A stretch of DNA of 64,000 bases from Candidatus Woesebacteria bacterium (lineage in GTDB: Bacteria > Patescibacteriota > Microgenomatia > UBA1400 > UBA1396), in assembly GCA_021208605.1 (NCBI GenBank), contig JAJOJK010000002.1, positions 37,606 through 101,605 on the forward strand, in the 5' to 3' direction. Position numbers and translations under genes: made by a program. This document shows positions 28,755 to 38,883 of this stretch, one piece after another (position 1 is the first letter of the stretch; each line of letters starts with the position of its first letter). The notes under the pieces were generated by a model. The model was not told the DNA's origin. It made no database searches and worked only from the letters and a program-made list of their open reading frames with translations.

Positions 28755-29335
28755 AACTCGTAAAACAGCGGTACAGTATACTCAATTTCTCGACCGACGA
28801 TGTCATCATCAGAAACGTTGTCTAGATACTTGATCATGGCGCGAATCGAGTTGCCGTGAGCAGAAACGAGTACGTTTTCGCCATTTTTCACTCGCGGCAA
28901 AATCTCTGTTTCGAGATAATTTCCAGCTCGGAATACAACGTCCTCTAAGCTTTCTCCACCAGGTGGACGAATTGAGTAGCTACGACGCCAGGTATGCACT
29001 TGTTCGGCACTATATTTACCCGCCATTTCCCGATGATACCGCGTCTGCAAATCACCATAGTGGCGCTCGTTCAAAAACGGATGCTTAATGATCTCCAGAT
29101 CAGCTTGACCAATAATTGGCAAAACAATATCCAGTGTTTCCCAAGCTCGTTTCAGCCACGAAGTGTAGGCCACAGAAAATTGAATTCCGGTTTCCTTCAG
29201 CTTCTGACCCACAATTTGAGCATCAACGGTTCCCTCTTTGGAAATGGATACATCTGTAAAGCCAGTAAATCGCTTCGGTTCCTGATTGAACTCTGTTTTT
29301 CCGTGTCGAATAAGTACAAGATGTGCCATGCTCAA
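28751..29335 (-). CDS. gpmA: 2,3-bisphosphoglycerate-dependent phosphoglycerate mutase
   Basis: LIRHGKTEFN (catalytic His) and SAHGNSIRA. Confidence 0.8.
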   Translation of the reverse strand: MSMAHLVLIRHGKTEFNQEPKRFTGFTDVSISKEGTVDAQIVGQKLKETGIQFSVAYTSWLKRAWETLDIVLPIIGQADLEIIKHPFLNERHYGDLQTRYHREMAGKYSAEQVHTWRRSYSIRPPGGESLEDVVFRAGNYLETEILPRVKNGENVLVSAHGNSIRAMIKYLDNVSDDDIVGREIEYTVPLFYEF

Positions 29336-29338
29336 AGT

Positions 29339-29620
29339 CTAGAGGTCGCTGAAGTCTTCGTCAAGGATAACCGTGTTATTCAAGTCGGCTTCTAGAGCAT
29401 CCAGGTCACTTTCTTCAGACATCTCTTGGTCAATCTGACCTTCGGAGGCTTCTGGATATTGCGTATACTCAGCTTCTTGAGCCATATCGCGTTGCATGAA
29501 TGTCTCGTACATTCCTGGCGTATTACTCGCCTTACGCGCATAGATAAATCCGGTCCCAATCACCAATCCAAAAGCGATGACGAGCGCAACGAGGTACTTG
29601 TACCACTGATTCTTGTTCAT
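29339..29620 (-). CDS. Small membrane-anchored acidic protein (93 aa)
   Basis: N-terminal TM helix followed by an Asp/Glu-rich tail. ATGA-coupled to the upstream gene. Confidence 0.45.
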   Translation of the reverse strand: MNKNQWYKYLVALVIAFGLVIGTGFIYARKASNTPGMYETFMQRDMAQEAEYTQYPEASEGQIDQEMSEESDLDALEADLNNTVILDEDFSDL

Positions 29621-30306
29621 GTGTTCCTCGCTTCTAGTTGTTGCATTTTCAGTGACTGCACAATGTCTTGAAGCATGGATCTGACTTCAGCATACTGTCG
29701 ACGAGCGGTCTGAGCCATATCCCGGCCTTCCATGGCCATGCTGCGTTGCTCGGCGTAGAGATCAGGTTCAATACTCACGAACTTCATGATGGCTTCTGTG
29801 GCAGAGTCTTCAGCGTCCATAAGAAGAACTTCGGCTTCACTAAGTTGTGAACGCTCTTCGCTCACGTCAAAGCCAGCAGCTTCCATTTCATCTATCTTCA
29901 CTTCGAGACGAGAGATAATATCGGCAAGACGATCGCCATAGATACCAAAACGATACTCGAGGCGCTCGGCATGCTCTTGGGTTACTGTGTCACGTACTTG
30001 CTGGCGATTCTCCTGCGCTTCCTGTCGGCGCTCAGTAACATCTTGGCGTACTTCAGCGCGACGTTCTTGGATCTCTTGGCGTACATCCTCGACCTGTTGT
30101 TGCCGTACTTGGCGCTGTTCGGCTCCCTGATCTTGGCCTCTGCCTTGAGCCACTAATCGTGACTCCGCCGCAACTGGCGTGTGTGTTTGTGAAAATGAAC
30201 CACCCATGGTGGTCAAGACTTGCGCTTGAGCGGTTCCGATATAGGACATTACAATCAGTAATGCCAAGGAACTGGCCCAAACGGCTCGACGTGAAAGTCT
30301 GCGCAT
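29617..30306 (-). CDS. Secreted coiled-coil protein with repeated R/Q/E-rich heptads
   Basis: Signal peptide ending AQA, then long helical RQxV..RQEAQE repeats. An SD AAGGAG lies upstream. Confidence 0.55.
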   Translation of the reverse strand: MRRLSRRAVWASSLALLIVMSYIGTAQAQVLTTMGGSFSQTHTPVAAESRLVAQGRGQDQGAEQRQVRQQQVEDVRQEIQERRAEVRQDVTERRQEAQENRQQVRDTVTQEHAERLEYRFGIYGDRLADIISRLEVKIDEMEAAGFDVSEERSQLSEAEVLLMDAEDSATEAIMKFVSIEPDLYAEQRSMAMEGRDMAQTARRQYAEVRSMLQDIVQSLKMQQLEARNT

Positions 30307-30339
30307 AACGCACTCCTTACCCTTTTTTTGAGCACCTTC

Positions 30340-30368
30340 ATCATACGGTTTTTCTCACCGCAGTGCAA
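30340..30368 (-). promoter_or_regulatory. sigma70-like promoter TTGCAC-N17-TATGAT for the secreted coiled-coil gene
   Basis: Minus-strand hexamers with a 17-nt spacer, about 30 nt upstream of the SD/ATG. Confidence 0.4.
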
Positions 30369-30392
30369 GTGAAATAGAAAATAAAAAAATGC

Positions 30393-31673
30393 TTATTTAA
30401 CGGAGTTTTTAATCTCACTCTCGATGTGGAGCAAACGGTTATACTTGCTCACTCGCTCACCTCTGGTCGGACCAACTTTAATGAATCGACTTCCCACGGC
30501 AACGGCTACATCTACCATCGCCGTATCGTTCGTTTCGCCGCCGCCGCGATGCGAAGTAGTCGTCATCATGCCGTGCTGCTTGGCCAACATGCAGGTGGCG
30601 ATCGTTTCGGATACAGATCCAATTTGGTTGAGTTTAATGAGAATGGCAGAAATAGCCTGTTCGTCTATGGCGCGTTGAAGGCGTTCGGTATTCGTAACGG
30701 TAAGATCATCACCGATTAACGGGACATTGAATTTCTTCGTGAGCGGTAAAAATTCGCTCCAAGCCGTCCAGTCATCCTCGTGGAACATGTCTTCCAGCGT
30801 AGCAATTGGGTATTTTTCGAGCCACGTTTGGTAATACGCCATGAGTTCATTTGCGGTCAACTTTCTGTTCTCAACAGCTAAGTGATAGAGGCCATCGGCA
30901 TAGAACTCGCTCGCAGCTGCGTCGATAGAAATACCAATTTCTTTGCCTGGTTGGTAGCCGGCCTGTTCGATGGCGGCGACTAAATATCCAAACGGAGCTT
31001 CATTTGTTGCAATGCCATTGGGAGCAAATGCTCCTTCGTTACCGACATTCGTAGAAAGGCCTTCTTTTTGCAAAATCTTCTTCAACTGATGGTATGACTC
31101 CAGCACTTTTCGTACTGATTCTGATGGAGCAACAGATTGCGTGCTCGACAAACAGTACTCCTGCAAGTCGGTCGTGTTATCGGCGTGTTTTCCGCCTTCA
31201 ATAGCCACCACCATGGGTTGTGGCAACTGATCGGGTGATTCGAGGTCTAAGCCAGTCTGAAATTGGTCTGCTAAGTATCGATACAGTGGCTGTCCAACTT
31301 CTTTCGCCGCGGCCCGTGCCACAGCTACCGAAACGGCCAATACCGCATTTCCACCCAGCGTAGCCTTATTGGAAGTACCATCCAGATCCAGCATCTGCTG
31401 ATCGATCGATTTTTGGTCGAGAGGATTCTGGCCAACAAGTTCAGGAGCAATTGTGTTTTCAATAGTCTGGACTACCGATTGCATGCCCTTCCCTAAATAA
31501 CGATCACCCCCATCGGTCAACACAGTGGCTTCGTGAGAACCAGCCGAGGCACCATACGGCACCGAAGCACGTGCAACTAGTCCAGAAGACAACTCAACTT
31601 CCGCTTCCACAGTGGGATATCCACCAGAAGCAAGAATCTCGAGAGCTGAAATACGTTTAATGGTAGTAGACAC
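30393..31673 (-). CDS. eno: Enolase
   Basis: 426 aa with a conserved enolase N-terminus (SGGYPTVEAEVELSSG...) and catalytic region. Confidence 0.92.
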   Translation of the reverse strand: MSTTIKRISALEILASGGYPTVEAEVELSSGLVARASVPYGASAGSHEATVLTDGGDRYLGKGMQSVVQTIENTIAPELVGQNPLDQKSIDQQMLDLDGTSNKATLGGNAVLAVSVAVARAAAKEVGQPLYRYLADQFQTGLDLESPDQLPQPMVVAIEGGKHADNTTDLQEYCLSSTQSVAPSESVRKVLESYHQLKKILQKEGLSTNVGNEGAFAPNGIATNEAPFGYLVAAIEQAGYQPGKEIGISIDAAASEFYADGLYHLAVENRKLTANELMAYYQTWLEKYPIATLEDMFHEDDWTAWSEFLPLTKKFNVPLIGDDLTVTNTERLQRAIDEQAISAILIKLNQIGSVSETIATCMLAKQHGMMTTTSHRGGGETNDTAMVDVAVAVGSRFIKVGPTRGERVSKYNRLLHIESEIKNSVK

Positions 31674-31703
31674 AACGACCTCCTTTGTTGCAGTACTGAG
31701 TAC

Positions 31704-32177
31704 TTACTCTGCTTTACTGACTTCGAGCAACTCAACTTCAAAAACAAGTGGAGCACTTGGCGGAATTGCACCCGGAACACCACGCTCGCCATAGGCCATG
31801 TCAGATGGAATGGTCAGTTTACGAGTGCCGCCTTCTTGCATTCCGGCTACACCTTCGTCCCAACCTTGAATCACTTGGCCGCCACCGAGTTCAAATGTAA
31901 ATGGTGTATTGCGATTGTGGGAAGAATCAAAGACAGTGCCGTCCATGAGCGTGCCGGTGTAGTGCACCGTCACCATGTCGCCCGCTTCAGCGGTTTGGCC
32001 TTCACCGACGGTGATGTCTTCGGTGATGAGTTCTTTTACTTCAGGTTGCGTGTTATCGTTCATGGATGTGTCTCCAGTGTTTTGTGTTGGTGCAGTGTCC
32101 GATGTCGTGACGGTACAACCAGCAAACAGCAGGCCGCTGACCACCACGCTACCGAGCAGAAAGGAAAAGCGTTTCAT
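31704..32177 (-). CDS. FKBP-type peptidyl-prolyl isomerase lipoprotein
   Basis: Lipobox LLFAGC followed by an FKBP domain ([18 protein letters not shown]...GWDEGVAGM). Confidence 0.85.
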   Translation of the reverse strand: MKRFSFLLGSVVVSGLLFAGCTVTTSDTAPTQNTGDTSMNDNTQPEVKELITEDITVGEGQTAEAGDMVTVHYTGTLMDGTVFDSSHNRNTPFTFELGGGQVIQGWDEGVAGMQEGGTRKLTIPSDMAYGERGVPGAIPPSAPLVFEVELLEVSKAE

Positions 32178-32214
32178 TGGTGCACTGTAGCATAGCTTCC
32201 TGCCGGAGGGAAGC

Positions 32215-33423
32215 TTATTTTGGGAAGTAGGTTTTGTTTTTTAGCGTGTCAGGCAGAAGACTCTCATTTTTGTCTGGATAGGCTTCATACCCTTCACCAT
32301 AACCGAGCTCTTTCATGAGTTTCGTGGGAGCATTGCGAAGATTCTTGGGAATAGGCAAATTGCCGGTTTTTTCAACGTCACGCAAGGCGGCAAAATAGGC
32401 ATCGTAAGCGGTTCGATCTTTCTTGGCTTTGGCTAAATACGCTGCACCGTGGGCTAAGTTGATTTGGGCCTCTGGATATCCAGTTTTATGAACTGCATCA
32501 AACACGGCGTTCGCGACCACCAATGCAGTTGGTTGGGCAAGTCCGACATCTTCGGAAGCAAAAATAACCATCCGCCGCGCAATAAATTTCGGATCTTCCC
32601 CGCCATGGACCAAACGAGCCAAGTAATACAGTGCGGCATCGACATTGCTGGCGCGCATGCTTTTGATAAAGGCGCTAATGGTGTCATAATGCTGTTCGCC
32701 GCTTTTATCGTAACGCGTTAAGTGGTGGCCAATACTTTCGAGTTGTTGTTTCGTTACTTCACCATAGGTTTGCCAGGCGTGGTCAAGTAAAGTCAGCAGT
32801 TGCCGGGCATCACCATTGGCTTGACGAATAGCTTCATGGATGACGTTGGTATCCGTTTCTTTGGCACCGAGACTCTGCAGGGCTTTGCGCGCTAAGTTTT
32901 CTAAGTCTTCTAGGGAAAGTTCTTCCAAAACGTATACCCGCATACGGGAAAGGAGTGGCGAAATTACTTCAAAAGATGGATTTTCTGTTGTTGCACCGAT
33001 CAAAATAATAGTGCCGTCTTCAACATATGGCAACAAAAAATCTTGCTGTGCTTTCGTGAAACGATGAATTTCATCGAGGAACAAAACCGGCGTACGATGT
33101 GATTGCGTGAGCATTTTCTGCGGGGCTTTGGAGTCTTCAATAACTTTCCGGACATCCGCTTTAGAAGCCGAAACCGCAGACAACTCAATAAATGGCCGAT
33201 TACTCGCTTTGGCCAGAATTCGAGCCAGGGTTGTTTTCCCGACACCAGGCGGTCCCCAGAAAATCATTGAGTAGACGTCTTCCTGCTCGACTAACCGCCG
33301 AAGCGGCTTGCCCGTGCCAATAAGATGCGCCTGACCAACCACCTCGTCCAGAGTAGTCGGTCGCAATAAGTGAGCAAGCGGAGATGAATTTGGCATATTC
33401 CCATTGTACAACGCGTGGTACAA
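32215..33423 (-). CDS. rarA: Replication-associated recombination protein A (AAA+ ATPase MgsA/RarA)
   Basis: Walker [12 protein letters not shown], Walker [10 protein letters not shown] and a RarA-type C-terminal domain. Confidence 0.85.
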   Translation of the reverse strand: MYHALYNGNMPNSSPLAHLLRPTTLDEVVGQAHLIGTGKPLRRLVEQEDVYSMIFWGPPGVGKTTLARILAKASNRPFIELSAVSASKADVRKVIEDSKAPQKMLTQSHRTPVLFLDEIHRFTKAQQDFLLPYVEDGTIILIGATTENPSFEVISPLLSRMRVYVLEELSLEDLENLARKALQSLGAKETDTNVIHEAIRQANGDARQLLTLLDHAWQTYGEVTKQQLESIGHHLTRYDKSGEQHYDTISAFIKSMRASNVDAALYYLARLVHGGEDPKFIARRMVIFASEDVGLAQPTALVVANAVFDAVHKTGYPEAQINLAHGAAYLAKAKKDRTAYDAYFAALRDVEKTGNLPIPKNLRNAPTKLMKELGYGEGYEAYPDKNESLLPDTLKNKTYFPK

Positions 33424-33464
33424 TACGCTGTACTTCTCGTTAAAAGCACATGAAGTATCTGGTT

Positions 33465-33540
33465 GGGCCCGTAGCTCAGGGGTTAGAGCGACAGCCTTTT
33501 AAGCTGTGCGTCGAAGGTTCAAATCCTTCCGGGCTCACCA
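33465..33540 (+). tRNA. tRNA-Lys (anticodon UUU), CCA encoded
   Basis: Acceptor GGGCCCG/CGGGCTC, anticodon loop CTTTTAA and T-arm GAAGG-TTCAAAT-CCTTC, followed by ACCA. Confidence 0.9.
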
Positions 33541-33544
33541 ACAT

Positions 33545-34954
33545 ATGGCTTTACTTGAGAAAATCAGTAGATTACCAGGATTCAGAAGCCTCCTCCCTAA
33601 AAGAGTGGGAGATTTTTCAAGATTTAGACACATTGAGCCAGACGAAGATATTACTCGCCCTCCCAAAACTCCACCGCGGGAAGAACACATTTCTCCAGTT
33701 GTTCTAAATGAACGAAATAATAGAACATTTAAAAAAGGAATTGCCCTCTGTAAACCAGAAATACAACAAGCAATTCAGACTGCAAACGTAAACATAGAAT
33801 GGAAGACAGATTTTATTCGTCTGTTTTCGCGACTCGAAAGACTTCCACATTTACAGGTAATGCAGCTACGGCCAATTTCACTAAACCTTACAGACAATGA
33901 ATTACTAACCGCAAGTCCGTTTGCTCAACAACCACAATCGGTGATTTTTGACCCCGAGATTCGTTTCCATGGGACAAGCGCTCAAGTTTTTCCTGGTATG
34001 TCCTTAACTCTGGGAAAGGTGGCCGCCAAAATCCCCAAAGTACAAGAAAAAACAGATAAACCATACTTGAATGGATCTAGCCAACTCAATTTTGCTGCAG
34101 AAGCTTTTGCCCTGGCCGGAGAACAAACTCTAGGAACACCCGGCTTGTCCAAGTTTTATTTCCTTGGCACCCAACCATCTGGTGAAACAGTTTTTCTCAT
34201 GGAATACCATGACCCAAATAGTGAGTTTTCACTCGCCGATTTAATTCCACCTCCCGATGGCTTCAGTGCAGAAGAGATTCAAGTAATATTGGCCGCTCGC
34301 CAACCAGCAGTGTTGTCGAAACTTGTACAAAATATTTGTCTTACTTTGTCGAGTTTTCATTCGCCGCAGCGTCGACGTATAACTGCCTCTATAGATCCAT
34401 TTGACTCTTCTTTAACTATCCAAGATCGACCTTCACCAAATGCGTCCAAAGAAGAACTTCAACAACTCATCCATAGAGATTTAAAACCAGACAATATTCT
34501 AGGTAATCTATCTGGTAAAAGTACCATTTTAGACTTAGGATTCGCCAGTACAGTGCTCGAAACAACCTCTGACCAACAAGTAGGCACGCCAAAATACTCT
34601 TCTCGTGGCGAAGGTGCAGCATATGACATAAACAGTCTAGCCCTCCTTGTTCACGAAATCATTACCCGTGTCAATTATTGGCAAACTGCAATAGTTCCAG
34701 ACTATCTTCAGGCAATGGGCCTCACTGGAGCAGATCTCATTCAAGCATTGGCCTCCCTTCCGGAGATTCAGGGTAACTTGGCCATAGATAAAATTACTGC
34801 CTATTGCCAAACACACCGTATTCCATCACAACCACTTATTTCTTTTTTTGAGAGAGCCTTGCCAGGTCATGGGCCAGGATATACAGACGCTCAAGAATTT
34901 GCCGGTGACTTTGCGCAAGCTATGGGACAAAAACCTTCGAATCGTGTTCGCTAA
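33545..34954 (+). CDS. Eukaryotic-like Ser/Thr protein-kinase-domain protein with a ~140-aa N-terminal extension
   Basis: Catalytic loop HRDLKPDNIL, DLG (DFG-like), GTPKY, beta3 Lys in VAAKIPK and a degenerate Gly loop. It starts 5 nt after tRNA-Lys and is AT-rich. The ORF-track start at 33506 lies inside the tRNA and is rejected. Confidence 0.65.
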   Translation: MALLEKISRLPGFRSLLPKRVGDFSRFRHIEPDEDITRPPKTPPREEHISPVVLNERNNRTFKKGIALCKPEIQQAIQTANVNIEWKTDFIRLFSRLERLPHLQVMQLRPISLNLTDNELLTASPFAQQPQSVIFDPEIRFHGTSAQVFPGMSLTLGKVAAKIPKVQEKTDKPYLNGSSQLNFAAEAFALAGEQTLGTPGLSKFYFLGTQPSGETVFLMEYHDPNSEFSLADLIPPPDGFSAEEIQVILAARQPAVLSKLVQNICLTLSSFHSPQRRRITASIDPFDSSLTIQDRPSPNASKEELQQLIHRDLKPDNILGNLSGKSTILDLGFASTVLETTSDQQVGTPKYSSRGEGAAYDINSLALLVHEIITRVNYWQTAIVPDYLQAMGLTGADLIQALASLPEIQGNLAIDKITAYCQTHRIPSQPLISFFERALPGHGPGYTDAQEFAGDFAQAMGQKPSNRVR

Positions 34955-36131
34955 CAATGAAAATACTCGCCAGCACAATCCACGGATAAAAAATCACTGG
35001 TGCTCCCATCCCTGCTACGGCTAATACGCACCAATAGGGCCACTGCCTTCGGGATGAGTTTTTCCATAGAAAAAAAAGTGTGCCCAACAAAATACCAGCA
35101 CCCACTCCCCCACTCGTCAAAACGATTTGCAGGTATTGATTATCGACCATGCGGGCGTTGTTTGCTTTGTTCAGTTCTGGGTGCTCTCCGTATTGTTTTT
35201 GGAATGCTGCGTTCCGCTTCTCAGCAAAGGCTTCTAGATTCCATCCGCGTCCCAAAAGCATTTCTGTTACCTGCCAGTCATGGGTTTGGTAGGCAGTATG
35301 CTCCACCCGTTGTGTAATACTCTGGGTGCGTAGGAGGTTTTGTCCGGCTCCTCCACCGTCTTTTGGCAAGAGTACTAACGCAACCACAAGTATAGGGATA
35401 GCTAAAAGAACGCGTCGTTGTTTCTGAGCCAAGGCCAACGCTCCGATTCCGGCCACATACCCAACATACGCTAATCGAGAAAAACTGAGTGACATGGCAA
35501 TCAGGGCTACCGCGAAAAGTATGGCGTATACAAGTTGCTGTTTCCTCTTTACCCGTACACCAAGTTGGAAAAACCAAACACTCGCCAAAGACATCAAAAC
35601 ACCATAAAACGTCGGCTCAAAGAGCGTTGCGAATGCTCGACTGAGGTGATCATCCCATCCCAGAGTCGCAAGGATTCTTGTGTCGGGGAGGAAAAGATAC
35701 TGCCCGATTCCTAAGGCAGCCCAAGCAGTAAACCAGACAGATAGCAAGCGGGTGATCGAATGAACACGCCATCGAGATGTTTTCCAAACAGATACACTCG
35801 CCGCAAATGTCAGAAACAACGCAATCCGCAAAAGATATGCCAAGGACTGCCAATCGCTACTCACATTCAGGGGCCACATATAAAAGAGTGAAAGAGCCAG
35901 CGTCCACAGCCACCATAAACTCACGCCCCACCATATTTTTGAAGAGAAAAGTGTTTCCCAAAATGTCTTTCTCTTGGCCATGAAAAGTATGAAAACAGCC
36001 ATTCCAATTTCAAAAAGACTAATTTGTCCCAATGTTGTTGTAATCCGACCAAACTGTCCAAGCAAACTCAGCACGCCAATGGCGCCGAGTAAAAAATCTG
36101 GCCAGAGAATCTTATGCGTACCAAGCTTCAT
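34920..36131 (-). CDS. O-antigen-ligase/Wzy_C-family polytopic membrane protein
   Basis: 403 aa with about 10 TM helices and a large loop containing RMVDNQYLQIVLTSGGVGAGILL (Wzy_C-like). Confidence 0.55.
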   Translation of the reverse strand: MKLGTHKILWPDFLLGAIGVLSLLGQFGRITTTLGQISLFEIGMAVFILFMAKRKTFWETLFSSKIWWGVSLWWLWTLALSLFYMWPLNVSSDWQSLAYLLRIALFLTFAASVSVWKTSRWRVHSITRLLSVWFTAWAALGIGQYLFLPDTRILATLGWDDHLSRAFATLFEPTFYGVLMSLASVWFFQLGVRVKRKQQLVYAILFAVALIAMSLSFSRLAYVGYVAGIGALALAQKQRRVLLAIPILVVALVLLPKDGGGAGQNLLRTQSITQRVEHTAYQTHDWQVTEMLLGRGWNLEAFAEKRNAAFQKQYGEHPELNKANNARMVDNQYLQIVLTSGGVGAGILLGTLFFLWKNSSRRQWPYWCVLAVAGMGAPVIFYPWIVLASIFIVSEHDSKVFVP

Positions 36132-36903
36132 AGAGATAGACCCGCGTTATCAGTGAGTAGTAGGACATCAGGAGTGCATGCACCAGACCAGGAAAACCAT
36201 CCAGCGCTCCACGCCGCCAAAAATAATTTTGGAAAAACTTGGCCACCGGATATGTTAAAAGCTGTGTAATCAGGGTCAGTTTTGTCGTGCGATGCCGCGC
36301 TTTTGCCTCGAGCGAAGCGTACCACTGCAGTTTCTGCAAAAACTCTGTCACGGTCGGGTGCGGCGTGTGCAAGAGCGCGTGTTTGGTTGTGAGAACGCGT
36401 TCGGTGGGAATTTCCCAGACTTCGTGGACCGCGCGTTGCCACTTCCCCTGAGCAATATACGTGCGTGCGAGCCGCAGCACCGTTGTGTGACCGGTTTCTC
36501 CGTATCGTAACTGGTGCCCCAAAAAGATATCTCGCCGCGGAAAAAGCACCGCATCAAGTTCTTTTTCCTGCAAAGCGGTTGTAATCTCTTGCCACACCTC
36601 TGGCCCGGCATACTCATCGGCATCCAAAAAGAAAGTCCATTCAGTTTCGACTTGATCGAGAGCGTCATTGCGATGGCTGGCAAAATTTCCTTGCAGAGGG
36701 TTTTTCTCTACGCGCACCTTTTGGGAGAACTGCTGCAAATCAACTAAGGTAGTTTCATCTCCAGTGCCATCATCCCAGACCAAAATGTGCGCAACTCGCG
36801 GAGCGTATTCTTGCACTCTATCTGGTACCGGCTCCTCTCCAGCCTTACTGAGCAGCACGAGAGTGAGTGGTAATTGTGTTATTTTTCCCATAAACGTATC
36901 CAA
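36112..36903 (-). CDS. Family-2 glycosyltransferase
   Basis: DxD motif in FFLDADEY. Confidence 0.6.
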   Translation of the reverse strand: MDTFMGKITQLPLTLVLLSKAGEEPVPDRVQEYAPRVAHILVWDDGTGDETTLVDLQQFSQKVRVEKNPLQGNFASHRNDALDQVETEWTFFLDADEYAGPEVWQEITTALQEKELDAVLFPRRDIFLGHQLRYGETGHTTVLRLARTYIAQGKWQRAVHEVWEIPTERVLTTKHALLHTPHPTVTEFLQKLQWYASLEAKARHRTTKLTLITQLLTYPVAKFFQNYFWRRGALDGFPGLVHALLMSYYSLITRVYLYEAWYA

Positions 36904-37676
36904 AAATTTGCTATTGCACCGGAAAATCCATAGTGCTTTTGTAACCAGTAGCGGCGTGAGGCGCGAAAATGATGCGCTACACTTGGCAGCTGCTTCGTGG
37001 AGTGTTGCCCAAAATGGACTACTGATGCGGTTGCTAAAAAATAGACTTCTTTATCGAGCTGAGAACGTACTCGCTGTGCCAGGTCAAACTCTTCAAAGTA
37101 CAAAAACATGTTTTCGTCACAGCCACCAATGGCTAAGAATTCTTCGCGTCGCATCATAAAACACGAGCCACTCACGCTTGGCACTGGCCGCGAAGATCGA
37201 TGATCAAATCCCCACAAGCGATAGTGTTCTCTATATGATCCAAACGCCGACAGATTCCCAAGCCAAGAATACACAATGGCCGCTTCCAAAGCCGTGGGCA
37301 CGGTACTTGAAGTAATCTGAACAGCGCCTGTTTCATCAAGTATTTGCGGGCCAATTAAACCGATTTGCGGATGAGCTCCTAAGAATTCATAGAGTGCATC
37401 AATGGCGTCTGTGGTCACGTAGACATCTGGATTCACAAAGAGTACTCCTTCACCGTGGGCTTGTTCCGCGCCGCGATTACACCCCTCTCCGAATCCGGCC
37501 TGGCCATCGGAATTATCAATCACTATGCACTCGATATGATCTGCCGATTTCAAGCTCTGTTGAATTTTTTGCACGAGCTTGTCGGCGCGATAATTGACAA
37601 TCACCACCGAAATAAGGATTCGCTTACCGCGCATGTGAGATCCTTCTAAGCGCTTGCCGCAGTACGAACCAGGCAT
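36879..37676 (-). CDS. Family-2 glycosyltransferase
   Basis: VVIVNYR...VIDNSDG. The real start may be the M at MRGKRILISV. Confidence 0.6.
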   Translation of the reverse strand: MPGSYCGKRLEGSHMRGKRILISVVIVNYRADKLVQKIQQSLKSADHIECIVIDNSDGQAGFGEGCNRGAEQAHGEGVLFVNPDVYVTTDAIDALYEFLGAHPQIGLIGPQILDETGAVQITSSTVPTALEAAIVYSWLGNLSAFGSYREHYRLWGFDHRSSRPVPSVSGSCFMMRREEFLAIGGCDENMFLYFEEFDLAQRVRSQLDKEVYFLATASVVHFGQHSTKQLPSVAHHFRASRRYWLQKHYGFSGAIANFWIRLWEK

Positions 37677-38883
37677 ATGGATGAACCACTACAAAGGCAA
37701 AGAACACCGCCCAGCTAGCACCTGGCAATCCGTAGCGCGGCGCTAAGAAAACAATTCCAAGAATCAAAACAAACATCATAATGATGTTCATCACAAAATG
37801 GTGCTGCAAATTGTTCGCCAAAATTGAAAGTGGATTCCAGCTAGTAATAAACGCTTTTGCGACACCTGCGAGGAACAAAATTCGTACGATTGGTGTGACA
37901 ACGAGCCATTCTTCGCCAAGTACAAAATAGACTAACGGTTGCGTGAAGAACAGAAATGGCACCGCTGCGAAAAGAAAAACAACCGTAAGCGCCACGACAG
38001 AAAACTGCCAAGTCTTGGTGATACTCTTTTTCCGTTCAACTTTTTGTGCGTACATTGGGTACAGCGTCTGACCCACTATCGAACCGAAATCCATTGTGGC
38101 AGCACTTGCCAGTTTGTATGCGGTTTGATAAAAACCGAGAGCAGTAAATCCAAGGTACTTTCCAATAAGAAAGTCGTCAATATTTTCAGTCAAGTAATGC
38201 ACAATACTGGTGCCGATAATGTACTTCGACTCTTGAAACAACGAAACGACTCGACTCCATTGCGCCTTGAGAAGATTTGGTCGTTCCGGAAAGAGCGAAA
38301 AGGAAAGAATCACTTCCGCAACAACAGCAGCTGCGATTCCCAACAACAATCCGATACCATTTTGGAGCCAAATCGCCAAAACACCTCCCAGTACTAAGTC
38401 GATCACCTGAACACCTATGCGCAGTGCAGACTCGCGCTCAAACTGCAGTCGTTGCTGAAACTGCACAATGGCGGGATTGATAAAACCCCGCAGAAAAGGA
38501 ATAATCGCGGCAATAGATAAGTAATAGGTCAAACTCGGCTGGTCATAAAATTGTGCCAACAATGGAGCACACAAAAGAATACCGAGACTAATCAGAGTGC
38601 CGCGAAACAGTGAGACTACCCAAGCGGTGTCATAGTACCAGGCAAATTTTTTGGGCTGCTTGAGCAATACAACATTAATGCCAGTTTCCGTAAAGACTTC
38701 GGTTACGGAAATAACGAGTACCGACAATCCAAACAAACCAAGCTGTTCGGGACCCAGAATGCGAGCAATGATCGCTAAACGCACCAGTGTCAGAAACTTC
38801 GTGAAATACTTCATGAATGAAATTGCCGAGATCCCACGGACCGCAACAGATGAATGAGCGCGATGGAACAGTGTTTTAAGCAT
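37624..38883 (-). CDS. Wzx-like MOP-superfamily polysaccharide flippase
   Basis: 419 aa with 12-14 TM helices, resembling the polysaccharide biosynthesis protein family. Confidence 0.6.
   Translation of the reverse strand: MLKTLFHRAHSSVAVRGISAISFMKYFTKFLTLVRLAIIARILGPEQLGLFGLSVLVISVTEVFTETGINVVLLKQPKKFAWYYDTAWVVSLFRGTLISLGILLCAPLLAQFYDQPSLTYYLSIAAIIPFLRGFINPAIVQFQQRLQFERESALRIGVQVIDLVLGGVLAIWLQNGIGLLLGIAAAVVAEVILSFSLFPERPNLLKAQWSRVVSLFQESKYIIGTSIVHYLTENIDDFLIGKYLGFTALGFYQTAYKLASAATMDFGSIVGQTLYPMYAQKVERKKSITKTWQFSVVALTVVFLFAAVPFLFFTQPLVYFVLGEEWLVVTPIVRILFLAGVAKAFITSWNPLSILANNLQHHFVMNIIMMFVLILGIVFLAPRYGLPGASWAVFFAFVVVHPYAWFVLRQALRRISHAR

Noticed and set aside
33450-33707. 85-aa ORF, and the 33506 start of the kinase-like ORF
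   Set aside because: Both begin inside the tRNA-Lys gene (33465..33540). The kinase-like CDS more plausibly starts at the ATG at 33545.
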